From the human T2T-CHM13v2.0 reference genome, Homo sapiens: a stretch of 64,000 nt of DNA. Location of the stretch: assembly GCF_009914755.1 (NCBI RefSeq), contig NC_060930.1; one strand, given 5' to 3'. The position numbers were made by a program, and so were the translations under genes. Every line of letters begins with the position of its first letter. Position 1 is the first letter of the stretch. The notes beneath the pieces are model-generated. The model ran no database searches and had not been told where the DNA came from. It saw only the letters and a program-made list of their open reading frames with translations. Of this stretch, positions 1-11,722 are shown one piece after another.

Positions 1-108
1 TGTGATGTGTACATTCAACTCACAGAGTGGAACTTTCCTCTTTATAGAGCAGTGTTGAAACACTCTTTTTGTAGAAACTGCAAGTGGATATTTGGACCTC
101 TTTGAGGC

Positions 109-125
109 CTTCGTTGGAAACGGGA
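109..125 (+). other. CENP-B box (m1), repeated in each HOR copy
   Basis: CTTCGTTGGAAACGGGA matches the 17-bp CENP-B box (core NTTCGNNNNANNCGGGN). Confidence 0.95.
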
Positions 126-448
126 TTTCTTCCTATAACCCTAGACAGAAGAATTTTCAGAAACCTCATTGTGATGTGTGCGTTCATCTCACAGAGTGGA
201 GTCTTCCGTTTGATAGAGAAGTTTTGAAACCCTGTTCTTGTAGGATTTCCAAGTGGATATTTAGACCACTTTGAAGCCTATGATAGAAAAGGAAACATCT
301 TCATGGAAAACATAGATAGAATCATCCTCAGAAACAACTTTGTGATGTGTGCGTTGAACTCACCGTCTTTAACCTTTCTTTTGGTAGAGAAGTTTTGAAA
401 CACTCTCTTTGTAAAGTCTACAAGTGGATATTTTGAGCCCTTGGAGGC

Positions 449-465
449 ATTCTTTGGAAAAGGGA
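449..465 (+). other. Degenerate CENP-B box (m3)
   Basis: ATTCTTTGGAAAAGGGA: both core CpGs are lost, so it is predicted not to bind. Confidence 0.8.
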
Positions 466-790
466 ATGTCTTCACATAAAAGGCAGACGGAAGTGTTCTC
501 AGAAACTGCTTTGTGATGTCTGTGTTCAACTCACAGAGTTTAACATTTCCTTTGATAGAGCGGTTTAGTAACCCTCTCTTTGTAGAATTTGGAAGTGTAT
601 ACTAAGAGCGCTTTGAGGCCTATGGTAGAAAAGGAAATATCTTTCCATAAAAGCTAGACAGAAGCAATCTCAGAAACTCCTTTGCGATGTCTGCATTCAA
701 CTCACCGAGTGGAACATTCCTCTTGAGAGAGCAGTTTGGAAACACTCTTTCTGTAGAATCAGCTTGTTTGTATTTGGACCTCCTTGAGGC

Positions 791-807
791 CTTCGTTGGA
801 AACGGGT
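791..807 (+). other. CENP-B box (m5)
   Basis: CTTCGTTGGAAACGGGT: the nine core positions are intact. Confidence 0.92.
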
Positions 808-1130
808 TTTCATCTTATAAACCCAGACAGAAGAATTCTCAGAGTCTTCTTTGTGATGTGTGCTTTCAACTCACCGAGATAAAGATTTCTCTTGATAGAG
901 CAATTTGGAAACACTCTTTTTGTAGAATTTGCAAGGGTACATTGAGAGCGCTTTCAGGCCTATGGTAGAAAAGGGAATATCTTTCCATAAAAGGTAGACA
1001 GAAGCAATCTCAGAAACTACTTTGTGATGTGTGCATTCAACTCACCGAGTGCAACGTTCCTCTTGACCGAGCAGTTTGGAAACATTGTTTCTGTAGAATC
1101 TGCAAGTGGATATTTGGACCTCTTTGAGGC

Positions 1131-1147
1131 CTTCGTTGGAAACGGGA
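1131..1147 (+). other. CENP-B box (m7)
   Basis: CTTCGTTGGAAACGGGA. Confidence 0.95.
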
Positions 1148-1470
1148 TTTCTTCCTATAAACCCAGACAGAAGAATTCTCAGAGACTTCTTTGTGATGTG
1201 TGAATTCAACTCACAGTGTGGATCCTTCCTTTTGATAGAGCAGTTTTGAAACCCTGTTTTTGTAGTATTTCCAAGCGGATATTCGGAACGCCTTGAAGCG
1301 TATGGTAGAAAAGGAAATATCTTCCCATAAAACCTAGACAGAACCAATCTCAGAAACGACTTTGTGATGTCTGCATTCAAGTCACAGAGTTGAACATTTC
1401 TCTTGATAGAGCAGTTTTGAAACCCTCTTTCTGAAGGATCTGCAAGTGGATATTTGGAACTCCTTTGGGT

Positions 1471-1487
1471 CTTCGTTGGAAACGGGA
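1471..1487 (+). other. CENP-B box (m9)
   Basis: CTTCGTTGGAAACGGGA. Confidence 0.95.
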
Positions 1488-1807
1488 TTTCTTCGTATAA
1501 ATCTAGACAGAAGAATTCTCCGAAACTTCTTTGGTTGTGTGCATTCAAGTCACAGAGTGGAACCTTCCTTTGGATAGAGCAGTTTGAAACGCCGTGGTTG
1601 TAGTATTTCCAAGCGGATATTAGAGCGCCTTGAGGCCTATGGTAGAAAAGGAAATATCTTCCCATAAAACCTAGACGGAAGCAATCTCAGAAACTACTGT
1701 GTGATGGCTGCATTCCACACACACGGTGGAACATTTCTCTTGATAGAGCAGTTTTGAAACACTCTTTCTGTAGAATCTGCAAGTGGATAATTGGACCGCC
1801 TTGAGGC

Positions 1808-1824
1808 CTTCGTTGGAAACGGGA
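1808..1824 (+). other. CENP-B box (m11; absent from 15-mers)
   Basis: CTTCGTTGGAAACGGGA. Confidence 0.95.
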
Positions 1825-1976
1825 TTTCTTCATGTTACTCTAGATAGAAGAATTCTCAAACACTGCTATGTGATGTTTGCATTCAAGTCACAGAGTGCAA
1901 CATTCCTCTTGGTAGAGCAGTTGGGAAACACTCCTTTTGTAGAATCTGCAATGGGATATTTGGACTTCTTTGAGGC

Positions 1977-1993
1977 CTTCGTTGGAAACGGGA
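1977..1993 (+). other. CENP-B box (m12; absent from 15-mers)
   Basis: CTTCGTTGGAAACGGGA, only 169 bp after the previous box. Confidence 0.95.
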
Positions 1994-2316
1994 TTTCTTC
2001 GTATGAATCTAGACAGAAGAATTCTCAGAAACTTCCTTGTGATGTGTGCATTCAACTCAGCGAGTGGCACCTTCCTTTGGATACAGCAGTTTTGAAACAC
2101 TGTTTTTGTAGTATTTCCAAGCGGATATTTAGAGCGCCTTGAAGCCTATGCTAGAAATGGAAATATCTCCCCATAAAACCAAGACAGAAGCAATCTCAGA
2201 AACTAATGTGTGATGGCTGCATTCCACACACACGGTGGACCATTTCTCTTGATAGAGCAGTTTTGAAACACTCTTTCTGTAGAATCTGCAAGTGGATAAT
2301 TGGACCTCCTAGAGGC

Positions 2317-2333
2317 CTTCGTTGGAAACGGGA
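2317..2333 (+). other. CENP-B box (m14)
   Basis: CTTCGTTGGAAACGGGA. Confidence 0.95.
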
Positions 2334-2655
2334 TTTCTTCATCTAAACCTACAGAGAAGAATTCTCAGTAACTTCTTCGGATGTGTGCATTCGACGCACA
2401 GAATGGAACATTCCCTTTGATAGAGCAGTTTTGAGACACCGTTTTTGTAGAATTCCCAAGTGGATATTTAGAGCACTTTGAAGTCTCTGCTAGAAAAGGA
2501 AACATCTTCATGTAAAAAGTAGATAGAATCGTTCTCAGAAAGTGCTTAGTGACGTGTGCGTTCAACTCACAGAGTTTAACGTTTCTTTTGATAGAGCGTT
2601 TCTGAAACACCCTTCTTGTAGTAGCTGCAAGTGGATATTTGGACCTATTGGAGGC

Positions 2656-2672
2656 CTTCTTTGGAAATGGGA
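2656..2672 (+). other. Degenerate CENP-B box (m16)
   Basis: CTTCTTTGGAAATGGGA (CTTCTTTGGAAACGGGA in units 4, 6, 11, 14 and 17). The TTCG core is broken in both forms. Confidence 0.85.
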
Positions 2673-5600
2673 TTTCTTCATGTAACTCTAGATTGAAGAG
2701 TTCTCAGAAACTCCTTTGTGATGTGTGCATTCAATTCAAAGAGTGAAACCTCCCTTTTCACAGAGCAGTTTTGAAACACTGTTTTTGTAGGATTTCCAAG
2801 GGGATATTTATAGCGCATTGAGCCTACGGCGGAAAAAGAAACATCTTCCTATAAAAACTAGACAGAATACTTCTCAGAATCTGCTTTGCGATGTGTGCGT
2901 TCAACTCACAGAGTAAAACTTTTCTTTTGATAGAGCAGTTTTGAAACACTCTTTTTGTAGTATTTGCATGTGTATATTTAGAGCGCATTGAAGCCCACAG
3001 TAGAAAAGGAAATAACTTCACCTAAAACCTAGACAGAAGCAATCTCAGAAACTACTTTGTGATGTGTACATTCAACTCACAGAGTGGAACTTTCCTCTTT
3101 ATAGAGCAGTGTTGAAACACTCTTTTTGTAGAAACTGCAAGTGGATATTTGGACCTCTTTGAGGCCTTCGTTGGAAACGGGATTTCTTCCTATAACCCTA
3201 GACAGAAGAATTTTCAGAAACCTCATTGTGATGTGTGCGTTCATCTCACAGAGTGGAGTCTTCCGTTTGATAGAGAAGTTTTGAAACCCTGTTCTTGTAG
3301 GATTTCCAAGTGGATATTTAGACCACTTTGAAGCCTATGATAGAAAAGGAAACATCTTCATGGAAAACATAGATAGAATCATCCTCAGAAACAACTTTGT
3401 GATGTGTGCGTTGAACTCACCGTCTTTAACCTTTCTTTTGGTAGAGAAGTTTTGAAACACTCTCTTTGTAAAGTCTACAAGTGGATATTTTGAGCCCTTG
3501 GAGGCATTCTTTGGAAAAGGGAATGTCTTCACATAAAAGGCAGACGGAAGTGTTCTCAGAAACTGCTTTGTGATGTCTGTGTTCAACTCACAGAGTTTAA
3601 CATTTCCTTTGATAGAGCGGTTTAGTAACCCTCTCTTTGTAGAATTTGGAAGTGTATACTAAGAGCGCTTTGAGGCCTATGGTAGAAAAGGAAATATCTT
3701 TCCATAAAAGCTAGACAGAAGCAATCTCAGAAACTCCTTTGCGATGTCTGCATTCAACTCACCGAGTGGAACATTCCTCTTGAGAGAGCAGTTTGGAAAC
3801 ACTCTTTCTGTAGAATCAGCTTGTTTGTATTTGGACCTCCTTGAGGCCTTCGTTGGAAACGGGTTTTCATCTTATAAACCCAGACAGAAGAATTCTCAGA
3901 GTCTTCTTTGTGATGTGTGCTTTCAACTCACCGAGATAAAGATTTCTCTTGATAGAGCAATTTGGAAACACTCTTTTTGTAGAATTTGCAAGGGTACATT
4001 GAGAGCGCTTTCAGGCCTATGGTAGAAAAGGGAATATCTTTCCATAAAAGGTAGACAGAAGCAATCTCAGAAACTACTTTGTGATGTGTGCATTCAACTC
4101 ACCGAGTGCAACGTTCCTCTTGACCGAGCAGTTTGGAAACATTGTTTCTGTAGAATCTGCAAGTGGATATTTGGACCTCTTTGAGGCCTTCGTTGGAAAC
4201 GGGATTTCTTCCTATAAACCCAGACAGAAGAATTCTCAGAGACTTCTTTGTGATGTGTGAATTCAACTCACAGTGTGGATCCTTCCTTTTGATAGAGCAG
4301 TTTTGAAACCCTGTTTTTGTAGTATTTCCAAGCGGATATTCGGAACGCCTTGAAGCGTATGGTAGAAAAGGAAATATCTTCCCATAAAACCTAGACAGAA
4401 CCAATCTCAGAAACGACTTTGTGATGTCTGCATTCAAGTCACAGAGTTGAACATTTCTCTTGATAGAGCAGTTTTGAAACCCTCTTTCTGAAGGATCTGC
4501 AAGTGGATATTTGGAACTCCTTTGGGTCTTCGTTGGAAACGGGATTTCTTCGTATAAATCTAGACAGAAGAATTCTCCGAAACTTCTTTGGTTGTGTGCA
4601 TTCAAGTCACAGAGTGGAACCTTCCTTTGGATAGAGCAGTTTGAAACGCCGTGGTTGTAGTATTTCCAAGCGGATATTAGAGCGCCTTGAGGCCTATGGT
4701 AGAAAAGGAAATATCTTCCCATAAAACCTAGACGGAAGCAATCTCAGAAACTACTGTGTGATGGCTGCATTCCACACACACGGTGGAACATTTCTCTTGA
4801 TAGAGCAGTTTTGAAACACTCTTTCTGTAGAATCTGCAAGTGGATAATTGGACCGCCTTGAGGCCTTCGTTGGAAACGGGATTTCTTCATGTTACTCTAG
4901 ATAGAAGAATTCTCAAACACTGCTATGTGATGTTTGCATTCAAGTCACAGAGTGCAACATTCCTCTTGGTAGAGCAGTTGGGAAACACTCCTTTTGTAGA
5001 ATCTGCAATGGGATATTTGGACTTCTTTGAGGCCTTCGTTGGAAACGGGATTTCTTCGTATGAATCTAGACAGAAGAATTCTCAGAAACTTCCTTGTGAT
5101 GTGTGCATTCAACTCAGCGAGTGGCACCTTCCTTTGGATACAGCAGTTTTGAAACACTGTTTTTGTAGTATTTCCAAGCGGATATTTAGAGCGCCTTGAA
5201 GCCTATGCTAGAAATGGAAATATCTCCCCATAAAACCAAGACAGAAGCAATCTCAGAAACTAATGTGTGATGGCTGCATTCCACACACACGGTGGACCAT
5301 TTCTCTTGATAGAGCAGTTTTGAAACACTCTTTCTGTAGAATCTGCAAGTGGATAATTGGACCTCCTAGAGGCCTTCGTTGGAAACGGGATTTCTTCATC
5401 TAAACCTACAGAGAAGAATTCTCAGTAACTTCTTCGGATGTGTGCATTCGACGCACAGAATGGAACATTCCCTTTGATAGAGCAGTTTTGAGACACCGTT
5501 TTTGTAGAATTCCCAAGTGGATATTTAGAGCACTTTGAAGTCTCTGCTAGAAAAGGAAACATCTTCATGTAAAAAGTAGATAGAATCGTTCTCAGAAAGT

Positions 5601-8600
5601 GCTTAGTGACGTGTGCGTTCAACTCACAGAGTTTAACGTTTCTTTTGATAGAGCGTTTCTGAAACACCCTTCTTGTAGTAGCTGCAAGTGGATATTTGGA
5701 CCTATTGGAGGCCTTCTTTGGAAATGGGATTTCTTCATGTAACTCTAGATTGAAGAGTTCTCAGAAACTCCTTTGTGATGTGTGCATTCAATTCAAAGAG
5801 TGAAACCTCCCTTTTCACAGAGCAGTTTTGAAACACTGTTTTTGTAGGATTTCCAAGGGGATATTTATAGCGCATTGAGCCTACGGCGGAAAAAGAAACA
5901 TCTTCCTATAAAAACTAGACAGAATACTTCTCAGAATCTGCTTTGCGATGTGTGCGTTCAACTCACAGAGTAAAACTTTTCTTTTGATAGAGCAGTTTTG
6001 AAACACTCTTTTTGTAGTATTTGCATGTGTATATTTAGAGCGCATTGAAGCCCACAGTAGAAAAGGAAATAACTTCACCTAAAACCTAGACAGAAGCAAT
6101 CTCAGAAACTACTTTGTGATGTGTACATTCAACTCACAGAGTGGAACTTTCCTCTTTATAGAGCAGTGTTGAAACACTCTTTTTGTAGAAACTGCAAGTG
6201 GATATTTGGACCTCTTTGAGGCCTTCGTTGGAAACGGGATTTCTTCCTATAACCCTAGACAGAAGAATTTTCAGAAACCTCATTGTGATGTGTGCGTTCA
6301 TCTCACAGAGTGGAGTCTTCCGTTTGATAGAGAAGTTTTGAAACCCTGTTCTTGTAGGATTTCCAAGTGGATATTTAGACCACTTTGAAGCCTATGATAG
6401 AAAAGGAAACATCTTCATGGAAAACATAGATAGAATCATCCTCAGAAACAACTTTGTGATGTGTGCGTTGAACTCACCGTCTTTAACCTTTCTTTTGGTA
6501 GAGAAGTTTTGAAACACTCTCTTTGTAAAGTCTACAAGTGGATATTTTGAGCCCTTGGAGGCATTCTTTGGAAAAGGGAATGTCTTCACATAAAAGGCAG
6601 ACGGAAGTGTTCTCAGAAACTGCTTTGTGATGTCTGTGTTCAACTCACAGAGTTTAACATTTCCTTTGATAGAGCGGTTTAGTAACCCTCTCTTTGTAGA
6701 ATTTGGAAGTGTATACTAAGAGCGCTTTGAGGCCTATGGTAGAAAAGGAAATATCTTTCCATAAAAGCTAGACAGAAGCAATCTCAGAAACTCCTTTGCG
6801 ATGTCTGCATTCAACTCACCGAGTGGAACATTCCTCTTGAGAGAGCAGTTTGGAAACACTCTTTCTGTAGAATCAGCTTGTTTGTATTTGGACCTCCTTG
6901 AGGCCTTCGTTGGAAACGGGTTTTCATCTTATAAACCCAGACAGAAGAATTCTCAGAGTCTTCTTTGTGATGTGTGCTTTCAACTCACCGAGATAAAGAT
7001 TTCTCTTGATAGAGCAATTTGGAAACACTCTTTTTGTAGAATTTGCAAGGGTACATTGAGAGCGCTTTCAGGCCTATGGTAGAAAAGGGAATATCTTTCC
7101 ATAAAAGGTAGACAGAAGCAATCTCAGAAACTACTTTGTGATGTGTGCATTCAACTCACCGAGTGCAACGTTCCTCTTGACCGAGCAGTTTGGAAACATT
7201 GTTTCTGTAGAATCTGCAAGTGGATATTTGGACCTCTTTGAGGCCTTCGTTGGAAACGGGATTTCTTCCTATAAACCCAGACAGAAGAATTCTCAGAGAC
7301 TTCTTTGTGATGTGTGAATTCAACTCACAGTGTGGATCCTTCCTTTTGATAGAGCAGTTTTGAAACCCTGTTTTTGTAGTATTTCCAAGCGGATATTCGG
7401 AACGCCTTGAAGCGTATGGTAGAAAAGGAAATATCTTCCCATAAAACCTAGACAGAACCAATCTCAGAAACGACTTTGTGATGTCTGCATTCAAGTCACA
7501 GAGTTGAACATTTCTCTTGATAGAGCAGTTTTGAAACCCTCTTTCTGAAGGATCTGCAAGTGGATATTTGGAACTCCTTTGGGTCTTCGTTGGAAACGGG
7601 ATTTCTTCGTATAAATCTAGACAGAAGAATTCTCCGAAACTTCTTTGGTTGTGTGCATTCAAGTCACAGAGTGGAACCTTCCTTTGGATAGAGCAGTTTG
7701 AAACGCCGTGGTTGTAGTATTTCCAAGCGGATATTAGAGCGCCTTGAGGCCTATGGTAGAAAAGGAAATATCTTCCCATAAAACCTAGACGGAAGCAATC
7801 TCAGAAACTACTGTGTGATGGCTGCATTCCACACACACGGTGGAACATTTCTCTTGATAGAGCAGTTTTGAAACACTCTTTCTGTAGAATCTGCAAGTGG
7901 ATAATTGGACCGCCTTGAGGCCTTCGTTGGAAACGGGATTTCTTCATGTTACTCTAGATAGAAGAATTCTCAAACACTGCTATGTGATGTTTGCATTCAA
8001 GTCACAGAGTGCAACATTCCTCTTGGTAGAGCAGTTGGGAAACACTCCTTTTGTAGAATCTGCAATGGGATATTTGGACTTCTTTGAGGCCTTCGTTGGA
8101 AACGGGATTTCTTCGTATGAATCTAGACAGAAGAATTCTCAGAAACTTCCTTGTGATGTGTGCATTCAACTCAGCGAGTGGCACCTTCCTTTGGATACAG
8201 CAGTTTTGAAACACTGTTTTTGTAGTATTTCCAAGCGGATATTTAGAGCGCCTTGAAGCCTATGCTAGAAATGGAAATATCTCCCCATAAAACCAAGACA
8301 GAAGCAATCTCAGAAACTAATGTGTGATGGCTGCATTCCACACACACGGTGGACCATTTCTCTTGATAGAGCAGTTTTGAAACACTCTTTCTGTAGAATC
8401 TGCAAGTGGATAATTGGACCTCCTAGAGGCCTTCGTTGGAAACGGGATTTCTTCATCTAAACCTACAGAGAAGAATTCTCAGTAACTTCTTCGGATGTGT
8501 GCATTCGACGCACAGAATGGAACATTCCCTTTGATAGAGCAGTTTTGAGACACCGTTTTTGTAGAATTCCCAAGTGGATATTTAGAGCACTTTGAAGTCT

Positions 8601-9171
8601 CTGCTAGAAAAGGAAACATCTTCATGTAAAAAGTAGATAGAATCGTTCTCAGAAAGTGCTTAGTGACGTGTGCGTTCAACTCACAGAGTTTAACGTTTCT
8701 TTTGATAGAGCGTTTCTGAAACACCCTTCTTGTAGTAGCTGCAAGTGGATATTTGGACCTATTGGAGGCCTTCTTTGGAAATGGGATTTCTTCATGTAAC
8801 TCTAGATTGAAGAGTTCTCAGAAACTCCTTTGTGATGTGTGCATTCAATTCAAAGAGTGAAACCTCCCTTTTCACAGAGCAGTTTTGAAACACTGTTTTT
8901 GTAGGATTTCCAAGGGGATATTTATAGCGCATTGAGCCTACGGCGGAAAAAGAAACATCTTCCTATAAAAACTAGACAGAATACTTCTCAGAATCTGCTT
9001 TGCGATGTGTGCGTTCAACTCACAGAGTAAAACTTTTCTTTTGATAGAGCAGTTTTGAAACACTCTTTTTGTAGTATTTGCATGTGTATATTTAGAGCGC
9101 ATTGAAGCCCACAGTAGAAAAGGAAATAACTTCACCTAAAACCTAGACAGAAGCAATCTCAGAAACTACTT

Positions 9172-11722
9172 TGTGATGTGTACATTCAACTCACAGAGTG
9201 GAACTTTCCTCTTTATAGAGCAGTGTTGAAACACTCTTTTTGTAGAAACTGCAAGTGGATATTTGGACCTCTTTGAGGCCTTCGTTGGAAACGGGATTTC
9301 TTCCTATAACCCTAGACAGAAGAATTTTCAGAAACCTCATTGTGATGTGTGCGTTCATCTCACAGAGTGGAGTCTTCCGTTTGATAGAGAAGTTTTGAAA
9401 CCCTGTTCTTGTAGGATTTCCAAGTGGATATTTAGACCACTTTGAAGCCTATGATAGAAAAGGAAACATCTTCATGGAAAACATAGATAGAATCATCCTC
9501 AGAAACAACTTTGTGATGTGTGCGTTGAACTCACCGTCTTTAACCTTTCTTTTGGTAGAGAAGTTTTGAAACACTCTCTTTGTAAAGTCTACAAGTGGAT
9601 ATTTTGAGCCCTTGGAGGCATTCTTTGGAAAAGGGAATGTCTTCACATAAAAGGCAGACGGAAGTGTTCTCAGAAACTGCTTTGTGATGTCTGTGTTCAA
9701 CTCACAGAGTTTAACATTTCCTTTGATAGAGCGGTTTAGTAACCCTCTCTTTGTAGAATTTGGAAGTGTATACTAAGAGCGCTTTGAGGCCTATGGTAGA
9801 AAAGGAAATATCTTTCCATAAAAGCTAGACAGAAGCAATCTCAGAAACTCCTTTGCGATGTCTGCATTCAACTCACCGAGTGGAACATTCCTCTTGAGAG
9901 AGCAGTTTGGAAACACTCTTTCTGTAGAATCAGCTTGTTTGTATTTGGACCTCCTTGAGGCCTTCGTTGGAAACGGGTTTTCATCTTATAAACCCAGACA
10001 GAAGAATTCTCAGAGTCTTCTTTGTGATGTGTGCTTTCAACTCACCGAGATAAAGATTTCTCTTGATAGAGCAATTTGGAAACACTCTTTTTGTAGAATT
10101 TGCAAGGGTACATTGAGAGCGCTTTCAGGCCTATGGTAGAAAAGGGAATATCTTTCCATAAAAGGTAGACAGAAGCAATCTCAGAAACTACTTTGTGATG
10201 TGTGCATTCAACTCACCGAGTGCAACGTTCCTCTTGACCGAGCAGTTTGGAAACATTGTTTCTGTAGAATCTGCAAGTGGATATTTGGACCTCTTTGAGG
10301 CCTTCGTTGGAAACGGGATTTCTTCCTATAAACCCAGACAGAAGAATTCTCAGAGACTTCTTTGTGATGTGTGAATTCAACTCACAGTGTGGATCCTTCC
10401 TTTTGATAGAGCAGTTTTGAAACCCTGTTTTTGTAGTATTTCCAAGCGGATATTTGGAACGCCTTGAAGCGTATGGTAGAAAAGGAAATATCTTCCCATA
10501 AAACCTAGACAGAACCAATCTCAGAAACGACTTTGTGATGTCTGCATTCAAGTCACAGAGTTGAACATTTCTCTTGATAGAGCAGTTTTGAAACCCTCTT
10601 TCTGAAGGATCTGCAAGTGGATATTTGGAACTCCTTTGGGTCTTCGTTGGAAACGGGATTTCTTCGTATAAATCTAGACAGAAGAATTCTCAGAAACTTC
10701 CTTGTGATGTGTGCATTCAACTCAGCGAGTGGCACCTTCCTTTGGATACAGCAGTTTTGAAACACTGTTTTTGTAGTATTTCCAAGCGGATATTTAGAGC
10801 GCCTTGAAGCCTATGCTAGAAATGGAAATATCTCCCCATAAAACCAAGACGGAAGCAATCTCAGAAACTAATGTGTGATGGCTGCATTCCACACACACGG
10901 TGGACCATTTCTCTTGATAGAGCAGTTTTGAAACACTCTTTCTGTAGAATCTGCAAGTGGATAATTGGACCTCCGAGAGGCCTTCGTTGGAAACGGGATT
11001 TCTTCATCTAAACCTACAGAGAAGTATTCTCAGTAACTTCTTCGGATGTGTGCATTCGACGCACAGAATGGAACATTCCCTTTGATAGAGCAGTTTTGAG
11101 ACACCGTTTTTGTAGAATTCCCAAGTGGATATTTAGAGCACTTTGAAGTCTCTGCTAGAAAAGGAAACATCATCATGTAAAAAGTAGATAGAATCGTTCT
11201 CAGAAAGTGCTTAGTGTCGTGTGCGTTCAACTCACAGAGTTTAACGTTTCTTTTGATAGAGCGTTTCTGAAACACCCTTCTTGTAGTAGCTGCAAGTGGA
11301 TATTTGGACCTATTGGAGGCCTTCTTTGGAAACGGGATTTCTTCATGTAACTCTAGATTGAAGAATTCTCAGAAACTCCTTTGTGATGTGTGCATTCAAT
11401 TCAAAGAGTGAAACCTCTCTTTTCACAGAGCAGTTTTGAAACACTGTTTTTGTAGGATTTCCAAGGGGATATTTATAGCGCATTGAGCCTACGGCGGAAA
11501 AAGAAACATCTTCCTATAAAAACTAGACAGAATACTTCTCAGAATCTGCTTTGCGATGTGTGCGTTCAACTCACAGAGTAAAACTTTTCTTTTGATAGAG
11601 CAGTTTTGAAACACTCTTTTTGTAGTATTTGCATGTGTATATTTAGAGCGCATTGAAGCCCACAGTAGAAAAGGAAATAACTTCACCTAAAACCTAGACA
11701 GAAGCAATCTCAGAAACTACTT
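9172..11722 (+). repeat. HOR unit 4: 15-mer deletion variant (2551 bp)
   Basis: Period shrinks by 506 bp (9263 to 11814). Junction TCGTATA-AATCTAGACAGAAGAATTCTC-AGAAACTTCC, with the shared tract at 10671-10691. Confidence 0.95.

Larger units (their letters stand above)
1..9171 (+). repeat. HOR units 1-3: three canonical 18-mers (3057 bp each)
   Basis: Unit starts TGTGATGTGTACATTCAACT at 1, 3058 and 6115. Translated ORFs are identical and no differences were seen at the diagnostic sites. Confidence 0.95.

Noticed and set aside
1715-1725. Short CA run (CCACACACACGG) in m11 and m14
   Set aside because: Only about four CA units and invariant between copies. It is a monomer variant of CAACTCACAG, not a microsatellite.
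11327-11340. Apparent restoration of the m16 CENP-B box in 15-mers (GGAAACGGGA)
   Set aside because: The 5' core still reads TTCT rather than TTCG, so the box remains non-canonical and does not compensate for the two deleted boxes.
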